This document shows, in pieces, positions 1 to 13,339 of a stretch of DNA of 64,000 nt. Each line of letters begins with the position of its first letter. Position 1 is the first letter of the stretch. The position numbers were made by a program, and so were the translations under genes. Source of the stretch: Anaeramoeba ignava BMAN (taxonomy: Eukaryota; Protista; Anaeramoebae); NCBI GenBank assembly GCA_028826165.1, contig JAPDFW010000118.1, positions 1 to 64,000 on the forward strand. The letters run 5' to 3'. Under the pieces are notes generated by a model. That model did not search any database. It worked only from the letters and a program-made list of their open reading frames with translations, and was not told the origin of the DNA.

Positions 1-2
1 AA

Positions 3-3000
3 GAAAATGATTTTGATAAAAAAAAAGATTTCTATAAAAAAATGATTGTTGTTGGTGTGAAATTACTACAAATAATACCTTCTGAATTGGAGGCTTTCCA
101 AGCTCTTTTACAATTTATTTCTAAATTAATTTCTGAATTTGGATTGGCATCAAAATTTGTGGATTTAAATGGATTGAAATATCTTATTGAAATGAATATT
201 GATCAATACAATTTCCCTCTCAACAAAATAAACCCACTCTATTATACAATATTACGTGAAGTTATTGAAGATCCAGAAACAATACAATATTGTATGGAAA
301 ATGAAATTATATCCTCATTTTTTTATCAATTTGAACCAGAATTTACAGCTGATTTTACTTTATTGGTTCGTAATTATTCTCGAATGATTTGCAAAAATTT
401 TGATATTTTCATGAAAAGTTTATTAAATGTGTGTAAATTCCAATCTCTAGATTTAAATACAAATCAAAAAGTATGTCTTGTTGATGAAAAGCAAATAAAA
501 GAAAGATTTAAAAAGGAAATTCCAAAGGAAAATCATAAATGGATCATTTCGAAATTGATGGATTCTCTTTCTGAGAGAATAAAATTACAGAATTTAAATT
601 TAAATACCAAATTCAACGATTTCAATAGCAATAACAAAGAACCATCAATTAATTTTGTACTTGATACATTGATTCATTTAGTAAAATCATTTCCTGACCA
701 ATTTAGTGAAGTTATATTGAAATCAATTGTTAAAATTGAAAAAGATGATACAGTTGTTGAAATTGAATTTCCAGAATTAGTTTTGAAATTTTTGATTTTA
801 GTTTCTCCTGAAAGATCATTCGAGTTATTCACCTTGATTTGTTCAAATAGAAATGTTAATGGAGAAATTTTGAGGAAAGCATTTAATCTGATTTCAGATG
901 ATTTAAATGAATATGTAAATAAGATTGAGAAGGATTCCTCAATTTTCTTGTGCAAACATGTTCATATGTTGATTGACATGATCTTTGTATTATCCAAAAT
1001 GTTTGGATTTCCAGGAATTTTAGATTTCTCAACAATGGAGCGATTTTTTGAGACAATTTTATTTAAAGTTTTCTATGAAGAACGTCGCCAAGAAATTGTG
1101 AATAATTTGATTAATATACTCAACAAAATTGATATAACAAATCCTGAGCTTATATTTCTAATTATTTCAAACTTGCGTTTTCTTGAGGTATATAGTAGAG
1201 TTTTATACGTTCCTCAGAATAGATTATTGAAATTACAAGATGATTTAAATACAAATAAAATTCAGGTTGTTTCAATTTCAAAAGAAGAAATTTCAGATCT
1301 TATTAATAGAATTAATGAAATCAAAACTCGTTTTGTGGAATTTTTGAAAGTCAAACAAGGGAATGAACAAGATCAAAATATTTACAATACATATTTAGTA
1401 CCTTTACAAAAAGAAGGAGTGATTGATTTTGATGATATTACTGATAGTCAAACAACAAAAGTTGATGAAATTAACAGCAAGAAGCGTGTTATCAAGCAAT
1501 TAAAACCATTACATCACCCAATTTTTGAGGAATATGAAGATTTCCTCATCATTTTTTTTACTTCAAACACAAATGAAGAGAATAAAAAGAATAATGATAA
1601 TGCTGATAAACAGCAAGCTTCTCAACATCAAAGTTTGGGGAATTTGGATAAAATACATCATCTTCAAATATTTGGTCGGAATTTATTTAATAAATTTGAA
1701 CCAAAGAATAGAAGCCAAAAGAAAAAGAAAAAATATGAAAAAAATGAAGGATTATCCTTTTTAGAACAATATTCATTGTTATTACAATCCAAAATTCAAA
1801 AAGAATTACTTGAAAAAACGAAAAAAGAAGAGGAAGAAAAAGAAAAACAAAAACAAAAAGAAATTGAAATTGAAAATAAAAAAGAAGATAAAAAAGAAGA
1901 AGAAGAAATTGAGGAAGTTTTTGAAGAACTTGATCCATCAATTTTGGAAGTGCTTCCTGAAGATTTGAGATTGGAAGTAATTGAAAATCATGAAAGGAAA
2001 AGAGCAAAATTTATACAAAAACAAAAATCGAAAAAAAAACAAGAAAATACAACAGAACCAACACAACCCAAAAGTGAGGTTGATAACGGTGCCTTTGTTG
2101 AATCACTGCCTTTTGATTTACGTAAGGAAGTTTATTTGACTTGTGATGAAGCTTTCTTGAAATCATTACCACCAAATCTCAGAGCAGAAGCAGATAATAT
2201 TCGCAATAAAGTTCTCAATGAGATTAAGATATTGCAATCTTTTATGCATGGAAAACAACCAAAAATTGGGGTTAATAGACTCCAATACAATGACATTTCC
2301 GATTCACTTAAGGAAACAGTGGGGTTAAATAGATCCAAAATAATCCAATTTATGGAAATTGTGAATCAAGAAGTTAATAAAGAGGTTCCAGTTATTGATG
2401 AATTTGGAATCAGTCAAATTGTGAAATTAAGTTCTTTGTATGGAAGCGATTTATTTGAAACAACTATTGAAAGGTTTTTGATTGAAACAATATATAATTT
2501 GTGCCAGCATCAAGATTTGAAAATTAAAGTAGTTAATGTTTTACTTTCTATTATTGGATGTTCAAAACCAAGAGAAATTAACAAAATTCTGAACATGGAA
2601 ATTGAAGAAGATATAAAACAGGAAAATGTAACAATGAGCAAATTGAGTGATTTCACAAAGAAAATAGGATATTTTATTTTCGAATCTGAGTTTGAATCTG
2701 AGCAAAATGAAAATATTTCAAGAAATGAAAAGGAATCATTTGCTCTAACAACTGAAACAATTTTGACTGAAGCAACAATTCCATTTGGGGTTTTAAATCA
2801 TGTTTTTGATACTGTAATTCGTTTGATCAATCTCGATAGTGTTTGTGATTATTTAGTTTATCCTCAAGAAAAACAAGAGAAAAATAATGAGAATATTCAA
2901 ATTGAAAATGTTTCTCCAAATAACCAATTTACATTTTTCGCAGAATTGCTTCATATTTTCTCAAGAATTGCATTTGGATCGAAATCTGATGCTTTAGTTT

Positions 3001-5159
3001 CGAAAAACTTTACAATTATGGAAAAATTAGCGAAATATATAGAAAATGAAAAGGAGGAGCAAAAAGCAGAAATTCCATTTGTATCTGAAGAATATATCAA
3101 AACATTTGTTGATTTCATCTTGAATAACTCATTTGGAGAATCTTTTCTTGAAAGAGGGATAAGTCTTCTTGAATTTCTTATATTAAACCCAAAAAATTGC
3201 GAAAAGACACTTTCTGTATTGATTTCTGTTTCCAAAAAACTAGGAGATGAAGTTTTTAGAAGTCTCAAGTCTTTCCATCGTGATTTAACAAAGACGATCC
3301 AAAATGGAATGAAAAAATTCCCTGAATTATCCAAATATGATAAAATGAAGAATCCTAAATTTATTCGTGTGATAAAAACATTTGTTCGTTCAATTCGACA
3401 ATATCGACGAGAATATGCTAAAAATTTCGCAAAAAATCTTCTTCAAGAAAAACCACTTAATCCAAATTATTTAAGATCACAATTAAAATTTGAGAATTTG
3501 CAAAAAGAACTTGGGAATTGTCTTGAAAATGTTTCCAATATAAGCCAGAAACAAGAAGAAGAAAAAGAACAAAAAGAGAATGAAACTGATTCTCAAAACA
3601 AAAAAGATTTATCACAAGAATTTGAAGAACCCACAATTCCAATAACAAAAGAAACAACAGTGAATTTTCTTAAAATTTTATCACCAATTATCCAAGTATT
3701 TTGTTTGTTATTTTTACCAGAAAAAGGAGATTCATTCAATAATTCTAAATTTAGAATTGAGAATGAGAATGAAAATGAAGATGAAAAAGAAAAAGAAAAA
3801 GAAAAAGATGATGAAAAAGAAAAAGAAAAAGAAAATTTAAATGAATTACAAAGTATCATTTCAACAATTTCTAGTGATTATTCAATGAAAAATGATCAAG
3901 AATCAATTTCTTTCATTTCAATGATTACACAGCATCGCAAACTAATTAACAACATAATTGCAGAACATCCAAATTTACTAATACAAGAATTATCGATGTT
4001 GAAACTAGTTCCAAACTTGATTGATTTTGACAATAAAAAAAAGTATTTTTACGAAGCATTGCATGCGAATCAAGAGGATAATTCTGAGAATTTAACATTA
4101 AAAATACGAAGAAGCAAAATACTGGAAGATTCATACAATCAATTACGGCATCAACCAGTACAAAAATTGCATGGAGGATTGCGAATCAAATTTACAGGAG
4201 AAGAGGCAGCAGATGCAGGAGGAGTAAAACGAGATTGGTTTTCGAATCTAACCAAAGCGATGTTCAATCCAGGATATGCTTTGTTTGCACCGACAAACAA
4301 AAAGGACTCAACTTATCAACCAAATCGATTTTCTTATATCAATCCTGTTCATTTGGATTATTTTAATTTTGTTGGGAAAATTATTGGCAAGGCAATTTAT
4401 GATGGGATTTTTTTGGATGCATATTTTACACGCTCTTTTTATAAGCACATGCTGGGGATTCCTGTTACTTACCATGATATGGAGGCTATTGATAATGAAT
4501 ATTATAAGAGTTTGAAATGGATGCTTGAGAATGATATCACAGGAATTCTCGATCTTGTTTTTTCTGCTGATTTTGAAGAATTTGGGAATACTGTTGCTGT
4601 TGATTTAATTCCTAATGGAAGGAATATTCCTGTAACTGAACAGAATAAACGAGCTTATGTTAAATTAGTTTGTGAGCTGAAAATGACAAAATCAATTGAA
4701 TCTCAAATTAAATCTTTTTTAGAAGGTTTTCATGCTTTAATTCCGCGTGATTTAATTTCCATTTTTAATGAAAACGAGTTGGAATTGCTTATTTCGGGTC
4801 TTCCAACAATTGATATTTCTGATCTTCGTGCGAATGTGAATTATACTGGATACACAGAAAGCAGTTCGCAAATCAAGTGGTTTTGGGAAATTGTTGAATC
4901 TTTTGATCAAGAACAACGAGCAAAACTTCTTTTATTTGTTACAGGAACTTCAAAAGTTCCTCTTGATGGATTTTCTGCTCTTCAAGGAATTAATGGTTTA
5001 CAAAAATTCCAGATTCATCGTACTGGTGATTTGAGAAGGCTTCCTAGTGCTCATACTTGTTTTAATCAACTTGATCTTCCTGAATATACAACTCAAGATA
5101 CTATGAGAGAAAAATTGGTTTATGCGATTAATGAAACAAAAGGATTTGGTTTTATTTAG
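3..5159 (+). CDS. HUWE1: HUWE1/TOM1/UPL1-type HECT E3 ubiquitin ligase, 5'-partial
   Basis: C-terminal HECT domain (GEEAADAGGVKRDWF; catalytic Cys in LPSAHTCFNQLDLPEY; ends GFGFI) and UBM-like motifs (LEVLPEDLRLEV, SLPFDLRKEV, SLPPNLRAEA). The frame is open from base 3, so the real start lies upstream of the window. Confidence 0.9.
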   Translation, partial: ENDFDKKKDFYKKMIVVGVKLLQIIPSELEAFQALLQFISKLISEFGLASKFVDLNGLKYLIEMNIDQYNFPLNKINPLYYTILREVIEDPETIQYCMENEIISSFFYQFEPEFTADFTLLVRNYSRMICKNFDIFMKSLLNVCKFQSLDLNTNQKVCLVDEKQIKERFKKEIPKENHKWIISKLMDSLSERIKLQNLNLNTKFNDFNSNNKEPSINFVLDTLIHLVKSFPDQFSEVILKSIVKIEKDDTVVEIEFPELVLKFLILVSPERSFELFTLICSNRNVNGEILRKAFNLISDDLNEYVNKIEKDSSIFLCKHVHMLIDMIFVLSKMFGFPGILDFSTMERFFETILFKVFYEERRQEIVNNLINILNKIDITNPELIFLIISNLRFLEVYSRVLYVPQNRLLKLQDDLNTNKIQVVSISKEEISDLINRINEIKTRFVEFLKVKQGNEQDQNIYNTYLVPLQKEGVIDFDDITDSQTTKVDEINSKKRVIKQLKPLHHPIFEEYEDFLIIFFTSNTNEENKKNNDNADKQQASQHQSLGNLDKIHHLQIFGRNLFNKFEPKNRSQKKKKKYEKNEGLSFLEQYSLLLQSKIQKELLEKTKKEEEEKEKQKQKEIEIENKKEDKKEEEEIEEVFEELDPSILEVLPEDLRLEVIENHERKRAKFIQKQKSKKKQENTTEPTQPKSEVDNGAFVESLPFDLRKEVYLTCDEAFLKSLPPNLRAEADNIRNKVLNEIKILQSFMHGKQPKIGVNRLQYNDISDSLKETVGLNRSKIIQFMEIVNQEVNKEVPVIDEFGISQIVKLSSLYGSDLFETTIERFLIETIYNLCQHQDLKIKVVNVLLSIIGCSKPREINKILNMEIEEDIKQENVTMSKLSDFTKKIGYFIFESEFESEQNENISRNEKESFALTTETILTEATIPFGVLNHVFDTVIRLINLDSVCDYLVYPQEKQEKNNENIQIENVSPNNQFTFFAELLHIFSRIAFGSKSDALVSKNFTIMEKLAKYIENEKEEQKAEIPFVSEEYIKTFVDFILNNSFGESFLERGISLLEFLILNPKNCEKTLSVLISVSKKLGDEVFRSLKSFHRDLTKTIQNGMKKFPELSKYDKMKNPKFIRVIKTFVRSIRQYRREYAKNFAKNLLQEKPLNPNYLRSQLKFENLQKELGNCLENVSNISQKQEEEKEQKENETDSQNKKDLSQEFEEPTIPITKETTVNFLKILSPIIQVFCLLFLPEKGDSFNNSKFRIENENENEDEKEKEKEKDDEKEKEKENLNELQSIISTISSDYSMKNDQESISFISMITQHRKLINNIIAEHPNLLIQELSMLKLVPNLIDFDNKKKYFYEALHANQEDNSENLTLKIRRSKILEDSYNQLRHQPVQKLHGGLRIKFTGEEAADAGGVKRDWFSNLTKAMFNPGYALFAPTNKKDSTYQPNRFSYINPVHLDYFNFVGKIIGKAIYDGIFLDAYFTRSFYKHMLGIPVTYHDMEAIDNEYYKSLKWMLENDITGILDLVFSADFEEFGNTVAVDLIPNGRNIPVTEQNKRAYVKLVCELKMTKSIESQIKSFLEGFHALIPRDLISIFNENELELLISGLPTIDISDLRANVNYTGYTESSSQIKWFWEIVESFDQEQRAKLLLFVTGTSKVPLDGFSALQGINGLQKFQIHRTGDLRRLPSAHTCFNQLDLPEYTTQDTMREKLVYAINETKGFGFI

Positions 5160-6300
5160 AATTTATAAACAATTTTCAAACAATTTACATTAAAAATTTA
5201 AAAGAGATTTACAAACAATTTACATTAAAATTTACAAACAATTTTACAAACAAATTTACAAACAAATTTACAAACAAATTTACAAACAATTTTACAAACA
5301 ATTTTTACAAACAATTTTACAAACAATTTTATGAACAAATTTATAAACAAATTTATGAACAAATTTATAAACAATTTTATGAACAAATTTATAAACAAAT
5401 TTACAAACAAATTTATAAACAATTTTATAAACAATTTTACAAACAATTTTACAAACAATTTTACAAACAATTTTACAAACAATTTTACAAACAATTTTAC
5501 AAACAATTTTACAAACAATTTTACAAACAATTTTACAAACAATTTACAAACAATTTACAAACAATTTTACAAACAATTTTACAAACAATTTTCAAACAAA
5601 TTTACATTAAAATTTAAAAGAGATTTATAAACAATTTACAAACAATTTTACAAACAATTTCACAAACAAATTTACAAATAATTTTACAAACAATTTTACA
5701 ATTTTACAAATAATTTTGAAAGAGATTTAAAAACAATTTACAAACAATTTTACAAACAAATTTACAAACAATTTTCAAACAATTTTCAAACAATTTTCAA
5801 ACAATTTTCAAACAATTTTACAAACAATTTTACAAACAATTTTATAAACAATTTTACAAACAATTTTATAAATAATTTTACAAACAATTTTACAAACAAT
5901 TTTATAAACAATTTTACAAACAATTTACATTAAAAATTTAAAAGAGATTTACAAACAATTTTGAAAGAGATTTACAAACAAATTTACAAACAATTTTATA
6001 AATAATTTTACAAACAATTTTACAAACAATTTTACAAACAATTTTATAAATAATTTTACAAACAAATTTACAAACAATTTTATAAACAATTTTACAAAAA
6101 GATCTATATTGAAATTTATATTAAGATTTATATTGAAATTTATATTGAAATTTATATTGAAATTTATATTGAAATTTATATTGAAATTTATATTGAAATT
6201 TATATTAAAATTTATATTGAAATTTATATTGAAATTTATATTAAAATTTATATTAAAATTTATATTAAAATTTATATTAAAATCCCAATCCAAAATCCAA
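5160..6300. repeat. 12-bp tandem arrays (ACAAACAATTTT, then ATATTGAAATTT)
   Basis: Directly visible periodicity; explains spurious ORFs 5225-6333. Confidence 0.95.
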
Positions 6301-6704
6301 ATCCAATTTGCTAAAGAAGAATTGAAATTTTAGATTTTTTACAAATTTTGATTCTTTTTCTTTTTTTCTTTTTTAAAAAAAAACAATCAAATTGAAAAAT
6401 AAAATTTTTTTTCACATTTTTTTTTTATAAAGATCTTTTTTTTTCTTTTTTTTTTCTTTTTTGTCTTTTTTTCTCATTTTTTTTTTGCTTTTCTTTTCTT
6501 TTTTAAATTTAATTTAAATTTCTTTTAATTTTTTTTTTTCTTCTTTTTTTTATTTAATTAAAAATTTTTTTTTTTTTAATTTAAAAAACAACTCAATTTT
6601 ATTTTTTTCATTTTTTTACTTTTCTCAATTTCCTTTTCTTTACTTTACTTTACTTTACTTTTTTTTTTGATAAATTCTGTGTTTTTTTTTCAATAAAAAA
6701 AATT

Positions 6705-9700
6705 ATGGGAAACAAACCAAATAAAAAAGTTTTAAACGAACATTCAAAAAACCAAAAAATTGAACAACAAATTAAAGAAGAAGAAGAAATGTTTCAAAAA
6801 GAAGTTAAATTACTTCTTCTTGGTAATTTATTATTTTAAATTAACTTTATAATTACTTTTATAATTGGTTTTTTTCTCACATTCTTTCAAAAACAAAAAC
6901 AAAAACACAAACAAAAACAAAAACAAAAACACAAAAAAAATTTTTTTTATATTTCTTCAATTTAATTTTGATTTTTTAATTTTATTCTTTTAATTCAATT
7001 TAATTTCCATTTTAAAAAAAAAAATTTTTTTTTTGTGATCTTTTCTTAATAAGAAAATCTGTTGAAAGCAATTTTAATATTAAATATAATATTAAATTTA
7101 ATTTTAATTTTAAATTTAATTTTAATTTTAAATTTAATTTTAATTTTAATTTTAATTTTAATTTTAATTTTAATTTTAATTTTAATTATAATTTTGATTT
7201 TAATTTTAATTTTAATATTAATTTTATAAATAATTTTAATTTTAATTTCTTATTCTTTTTATTCTTTTTTAGGAACTGGAGAATCTGGAAAAGTTAATAA
7301 ATTTAACTTACTTTTCTTTAAAAGAGATCTTTTTAATTTTAATTTCAATTAATTTTTTTTTTCAAATTATTTTTATTTTTTAGACAACTTTTATTAAACA
7401 AATCCAAATTCTTTATAATGAAGGTTTTAATGATAGTGATAGATTACTTTATTTTGGTGCTATTCGTGCAAATATTATTGTTCATATTAAAACTTTACTT
7501 AAAGCTTCCAAAGATCTTGGAATTCCTATAAAACCTGAAAATGAAGTGTGTTTTATTTTAATTTTAATTTTAAATTTAATTTTATTTTTATAAATAATTT
7601 TATTATTAATTTTGATTTTAATTTTATATTTAATTTTATATTTAATTTTATATTTTAATTTTAATTTTAATTTTATTATTAATTTTAATTTTAATTTTAT
7701 ATTTAATTTTATATTTAATTTTAATTTTAATTTTAATTTTAATTTTAATTTTAATTTTAATTTTAATTTTAATTTTAATTTTAATTTTAATTTTAATTTT
7801 AATTTTAATTTTAATTTTAATTTTAATTTTAATTATAATTTTAATTTTAATTATAATTTTAATTTTAATTATAATTTTAATTTTAATTTAATTTTAATTT
7901 TAATTATAATTTTAAATATGATTTTAATTTTAATTTTAATTTTAATTTTAATTTTTATTTTTATTTTTAATATAGGTTCTTGCAACAGAATTTCTTGAAT
8001 TCGATGAATTTACAAAAGAAGTTGGACAAAAAGCAAAAATTTTATGGTCAGATCCTGCTTTAAAATCTGTCTATGAACTTAGAAATGAATTTTATGTTCC
8101 AGATACAACAGATTAGTTAATAATTATAATTATTAAATTTATTAAAAATGAAATATTAAAAATTAAAACTTTTTATGATAAAAAAAATTAAGTTTTCTTG
8201 ATAATGTCGATAGAGTTTCTGCAGATGATTTTGTTCCAAAAGAACGAGATATTTTGAATTGTAGAATCCCAACAACAGGAGTAAAATCCATATCTTTTAT
8301 GGTTAATCAAATTCCTTGGAAGTAAATTTCATAAAATTATTTAGAAAATTAATTATAAAATTATATATAAAATTATTTATAAAATTATTTATAAAATTAA
8401 TTATAAAATTATATATAAAATTAAATATAAAATTAAATATAAAATTATTAATAAAATTATTTATAAAATTATTTATAAAATTAAATATAAAATTAAATAT
8501 AAAATTAATTATAAAATTATAAATAAAATTAATAATAAAATTATTTATAAAAATATTTATAAAATTATTTATAAAATTATTTATAAAATTATTTATAAAA
8601 TTATAAATAAAATTAATAATAAAATTAATTATAAAATTAATTATAAAATTAAATATAAAATTAATTATAAAATTAATTATAAAATTATTAATAAAATTAT
8701 TTATAAAATTAAATATAAAATTATTTATAAAATTAAATATAAAATTAAATATAAAATTATTTATAAAATTAATTATAAAATTAATTAATAAAATTATTAA
8801 TAAAAATTAATTATAAAATTAATAATAAAATTATTTATAAAATTAATTATAAAATTATTTATAAAATTAATTATAAAATTATTTATAAAATTAATTATAA
8901 AATTAATCATAAAATTATTTATAAAATTATTAATAAAATTATTTATAAAATTAAATATAAAATTAATTATAAAATTATTTATAAAATTATTTATAAAATT
9001 ATTTATAAAATTATTTATAAAATTATTTATAAAATTATTTATAAAATTAAATATAAAATTAATTATAAAATTATTTATAAAATTAAATATAAAATTAAAT
9101 ATAAAATTATTTATAAAATTAAATATAAAATTATATATAAAATTATTAATAAAATTATTAATAAAATAATTATAAAATTTAAAATTAAATATAAAATTAT
9201 TAATAAAATTATATATAAAATTATTTATAAAATTAATTATAAAATTAATTATAAAATTATTAAATTAATATTGTTTAATTTTGTTTAGAGTTGTAGATGT
9301 TGGCGGACAACGTTCTGAACGAAGAAAATGGATTCATCAATTTTCAGGAGTTTCTTTTCTTATTTTTGTTATTGCAATGAGTGAATATGATCAACAACTT
9401 TTTGAAGATCGAACAAAAAACCGAATGCAAGAATCAATGGAACTTTTTCATTCAACTGCAAACAATAAATTTTTTAGATCAACTCATTGCATTCTTTTGT
9501 TTAACAAAATTGATCTTTTTCAACAAAAACTTTCTAAAAGTGAATTTTCATTGCATTTTCCTGATTATTCTGGTGTGAATAATGTAGAAGAAATTATGGA
9601 ATTTATCAAAAATAAATTTATTCAACCAGTTGAAAACAAAGAAAGAAAAATTTATTGTCATTTTACATGCGCAACTAATACTCAAGATATTCAAAAAGTT

Positions 9701-10092
9701 TTTGTAAATTTATATTTTATATTTAATATTTTATAATTAATATTTTATATTTATATTTAATATTTATATTTATAATTATATTTTATATTTTATATTTAAA
9801 TTATATTTAAATTTAATATTTTATATTTAATATTTTATATTTTATATTTAATATTTTATAATTAATATTTTATATTTTATATTTATAATTAAATTTATAT
9901 TTTATATTTTATATTTATATTTTATATTTAAATTTAATATTTTATATTTATATTTATAATTAAATTTAATATTTAATATTTTATATTTATAATTAAATTT
10001 AATATTTAATATTTTATATTTTATATTTTTTTTAGAATTCTCTTCAAACAATTGTTTTCGAACAAAGAATGAATGATACTGGTGTATTTTAA
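6705..10092 (+). CDS. Heterotrimeric G protein alpha subunit (7 exons)
   Basis: Spliced reading MGNKP...KLLLLG|TGESGK|TTFIKQ...RIPTTG...DVGGQRSERRKW...NKID...TCAT...MNDTGVF*. All G boxes are present, introns are GT-AG, and there is an N-terminal MG myristoylation site. Confidence 0.93.
8325..9270. repeat. Intronic 12-bp tandem array (AAAATTATTTAT variants)
   Basis: Visible periodicity inside a G-alpha intron. Confidence 0.9.
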
Positions 10093-10285
10093 AAAATACA
10101 AAATTTAAATCATCAAAACAAAGTGTTCTTCTTTTTTCTTTTTTCTTTTTCAATTCCACTTTTTGATTTTTTTCTTTTTTTTTTAATTTTTTGTTTTTTG
10201 ATTTTTTTTTTTAATAAAATTGATTTAAAAAAAAAAATTAATTTTCAATTTATTTTTTCATTTTTTTCTTTCATTTTTTTTTAAA

Positions 10286-12078
10286 ATGAAATCAATATTA
10301 ATTTCACCAAAAGATTTTGGAAAATTAGAAAATAAATCAAAAACTAACTTTAAAGAATTTCTTCAAGAATTATTTCCTTTTAAAATTTTTGAAAAAGGCA
10401 AAATTGAAAATATTAATTATAAAGATTTCCTTCATGAATATAAATTAACTCTATTGTTAGACGAAAATTTCTATGGAATAGATAATGATCCAGATCTTTC
10501 AATTCTTGATCATGTTCTAAATGTAAATATTAAATTGAAAAAAAAAAAAAAAATTTTCATTTGAAAATAAAAAATTTTAATTACAAAAATTTTTGTTTAA
10601 AAGGATTTATCACAAACAAATTGGGAGGATCCAAAAATTTCTTTATCAAAGTCTTTAATTTTTTTCCCTTCAGAATTATTTTTTCCTATTCTCCCAATTT
10701 CTTCTAATGAATCTTTAAAATATATTGATACTGTAAAATGTACAAAAATTAAAATTCATTTTGAAATTAAAATTCAATTTAAAATTGAAATTAAAATTCA
10801 TTTTGAAATTAAAATTCAATTTGAAATTAAAATTCAATTTGAAATTAAAATTGAAATTAAAATTCATTTTGAAATTAAAATTCATTTTGAAATTAAAATT
10901 CATTTTGAAATTAAAATTCAATTTAAAATTTGAAATTAAAATTCAATTTAAAATTTGAAATTAAAATTCATTTTGAAATTAAAATTAAAATTGAAATTGA
11001 AATTAAAATTCATTTTGAAATTAAAATTCAATTTGAAATTAAAATTCATTTTGAAATTAAAATTGAAATTGAAATTTGAAATTGAAAATTAAAATTAGTA
11101 ATAAGAAAATTTGTTCGAACTCCAAGAAAGAAATTTGAAGCAATGAAAAAAGTTAAAACATTCGAAAAAGAAAAAAATAAAAATAAAGCACCAGTGAATT
11201 TAATAAAACAAATTTTAGAAATAATTCAAAAAGAACAAAAAGAAAAAAAAGAAAAAAAAGAACAAAAAGAACAAAAATATTGGATTTGTGATGAAATTTA
11301 CTTACAATTAGTTCAACTAACAAATCTTAATCCAAATGTTGAAGAAAAAAAAAACGCATGGATATTATTCTCTTTTTTTTCCAATATATTCAACCCAAAG
11401 GATTGGATAAAATCAAAAATCATTGATTATTGTGATGATACTCTTTCAACTTCTGACCCTTTCATTGATGCTCATGCTCATTTTGCAAGAATTCATCTTC
11501 AAATTGAAAAATCACATTCAAATCTTGAAAAATATATAAATGATGAATATTCTATTCAATTTTGCTCAATTATTCCTTTTGAATTCTTTACAAAACAAAA
11601 ATTATCAATATTATCCAAAAGAAAAAATCTCTTCAACAATACAAACAAAACTCCAAAAATGTTAATTCATTTTTTTAATATAATTGAAGAAAATCTTTTT
11701 GAAATTGATAATCAAAAAATGTAAAAAAATCTGTCAAAAAAATTGTGAAAAAAAAATAATCATTCATTTTTGCTTTTTTTTTTTTTTAATAGAGAAGAAC
11801 TGGAAAAAATTGAAAAAACAGATTTTCAAACCGATAAAAATTTAATAATTGATCCAGATAATCCAAAAGTTGCTCTTTTTTTTCTTGTAAAATGGATGCA
11901 AAACTTGAAATTTACAGAACTTATTCAAATACCAGGAAATCTAAGCAAAATTGAAAAAAAAGATATCATTTTCTTTTTATCAAATAAGAATCATGATCTC
12001 GAAAAGGCGTTTTTAGAAGAACTTTTTGATTTATTAAATGATGGGGATATTTTCAAAAGAATAATTGGTTTCAAATAA
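10286..12078 (+). CDS. MyTH4-domain-like protein (4 exons)
   Basis: CDEIYLQLVQLTNLNP...AWILFSFFSNIFNP resembles the MyTH4 core (RDEIYCQLxKQLTxNP...GWxLL). Exons join through GT-AG introns at ~10523-10603, ~10740-11098 and ~11721-11792. Confidence 0.65.
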
Positions 12079-12109
12079 AATTGATAAAAGAAAATAAAAG
12101 AAAATAAAT

Positions 12110-13204
12110 TTAGATGATTTCAAATTTTTTCAACTTGACAAAACGATCACAAATCATTTCAAAATGTTGCTGTTTCATTTCGAAAACTTCCTTGTTCAAT
12201 TCATTCCTAATTCGAATAATTTGTTGAATTTCAACTTTTTCTTTCTGAAATTGGAAATGCTCAGAATTCTGATTTTTTTGAAGAAAAGCCAATTTGGAAT
12301 CAAATGAAGAAATTGAAGAAGAAGTTATTGAAATGAAAGATAATTCTATAAAAGCATTTTTTAAACTTTGTAATTGCGGATATTGAAGCAAATTTTTTTC
12401 AGATAAAAAAGAGAAATTTGATAAAATAGTTGATTTTCTAAATTGAGTTATTTGATAAATTGAACGGACATGCTGATCATTTAATAAATTATTCAAAATG
12501 AAAAGCATTTGAAGAGTTGATTTATCTAATAAGAAAGAGTTTGAATTTATTTTTTTTTGTTGCTTCCAAATTTGGAGAGTTGAAGAAACAACAAACATCA
12601 TTCCATTTTCCAAAATAATTCTTGAAATGACATCCAAATGTAAATTTGCGATTTTTTCTGAAATTAACCAAAAAACTCCTATTGACAACTTGGCAATTTT
12701 TTTCCTTATTTTATTAATCAAATTTGGCATTCCATTCTTATTTTTTGTTTTTAATTTTAATTTTAAATTATTCATTTGTTTGCATATAAAATCAATAAAT
12801 TCAATCATATAATTTTTTTCAATTTCTAAAACATAATTTCCATCAAAAAAATAAATTGAAATTAAATTCAAAATTGCTGCTTCAAGATATAAAATATCGC
12901 ATTTAATAAGAAATGAATATTGACAAAATTCCAATTTTTCACAAATTTTATCTTCAATAATTTCGCAAATTAAAAGATTATGAATTAAAATGTTGAATTT
13001 TTCTTTTTCATGGATAATTTTTGTCACATTTTCTTGTGTTTCCTTTAAAAATGTTTCTTGAAATGCTTGATTGTTTAATAAATGTAAATTTTCTTTGATT
13101 TTATTCCATTTTTTTGTGTATAAATCATTAATTTTAAGTATTTCTAATGATTCAACTAATTCTTGAATTTTTTGAAAAGAGATTTTTTTATTAATATTTT
13201 CCAT
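12110..13204 (-). CDS. ZMYND10: ZMYND10 (BLU/DNAAF7)-like protein lacking the MYND finger
   Basis: ELVESL...KKWNKIKENLHLLNNQA...LIHNLLICEI...LYLEAAILNLI...EFIDFICKQM matches the recalled ZMYND10 N-terminal pattern (WNQQHENLEKLNMQA; HHEASIINLLE; DLVDYCHRKL). Intronless, 364 aa. Confidence 0.7.
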   Translation of the reverse strand: MENINKKISFQKIQELVESLEILKINDLYTKKWNKIKENLHLLNNQAFQETFLKETQENVTKIIHEKEKFNILIHNLLICEIIEDKICEKLEFCQYSFLIKCDILYLEAAILNLISIYFFDGNYVLEIEKNYMIEFIDFICKQMNNLKLKLKTKNKNGMPNLINKIRKKIAKLSIGVFWLISEKIANLHLDVISRIILENGMMFVVSSTLQIWKQQKKINSNSFLLDKSTLQMLFILNNLLNDQHVRSIYQITQFRKSTILSNFSFLSEKNLLQYPQLQSLKNAFIELSFISITSSSISSFDSKLAFLQKNQNSEHFQFQKEKVEIQQIIRIRNELNKEVFEMKQQHFEMICDRFVKLKKFEII

Positions 13205-13339
13205 TTTTGAGAAGAATGAAGAAAAAGGAAATGAATATTTTTTCCAATTTTTGAATTTATAAATAAATTTGTAAATTTTGACTTTGACATTTTTAAACTT
13301 TAGATAATATTATAAACTTTAGATATTTAAATTTGAATA

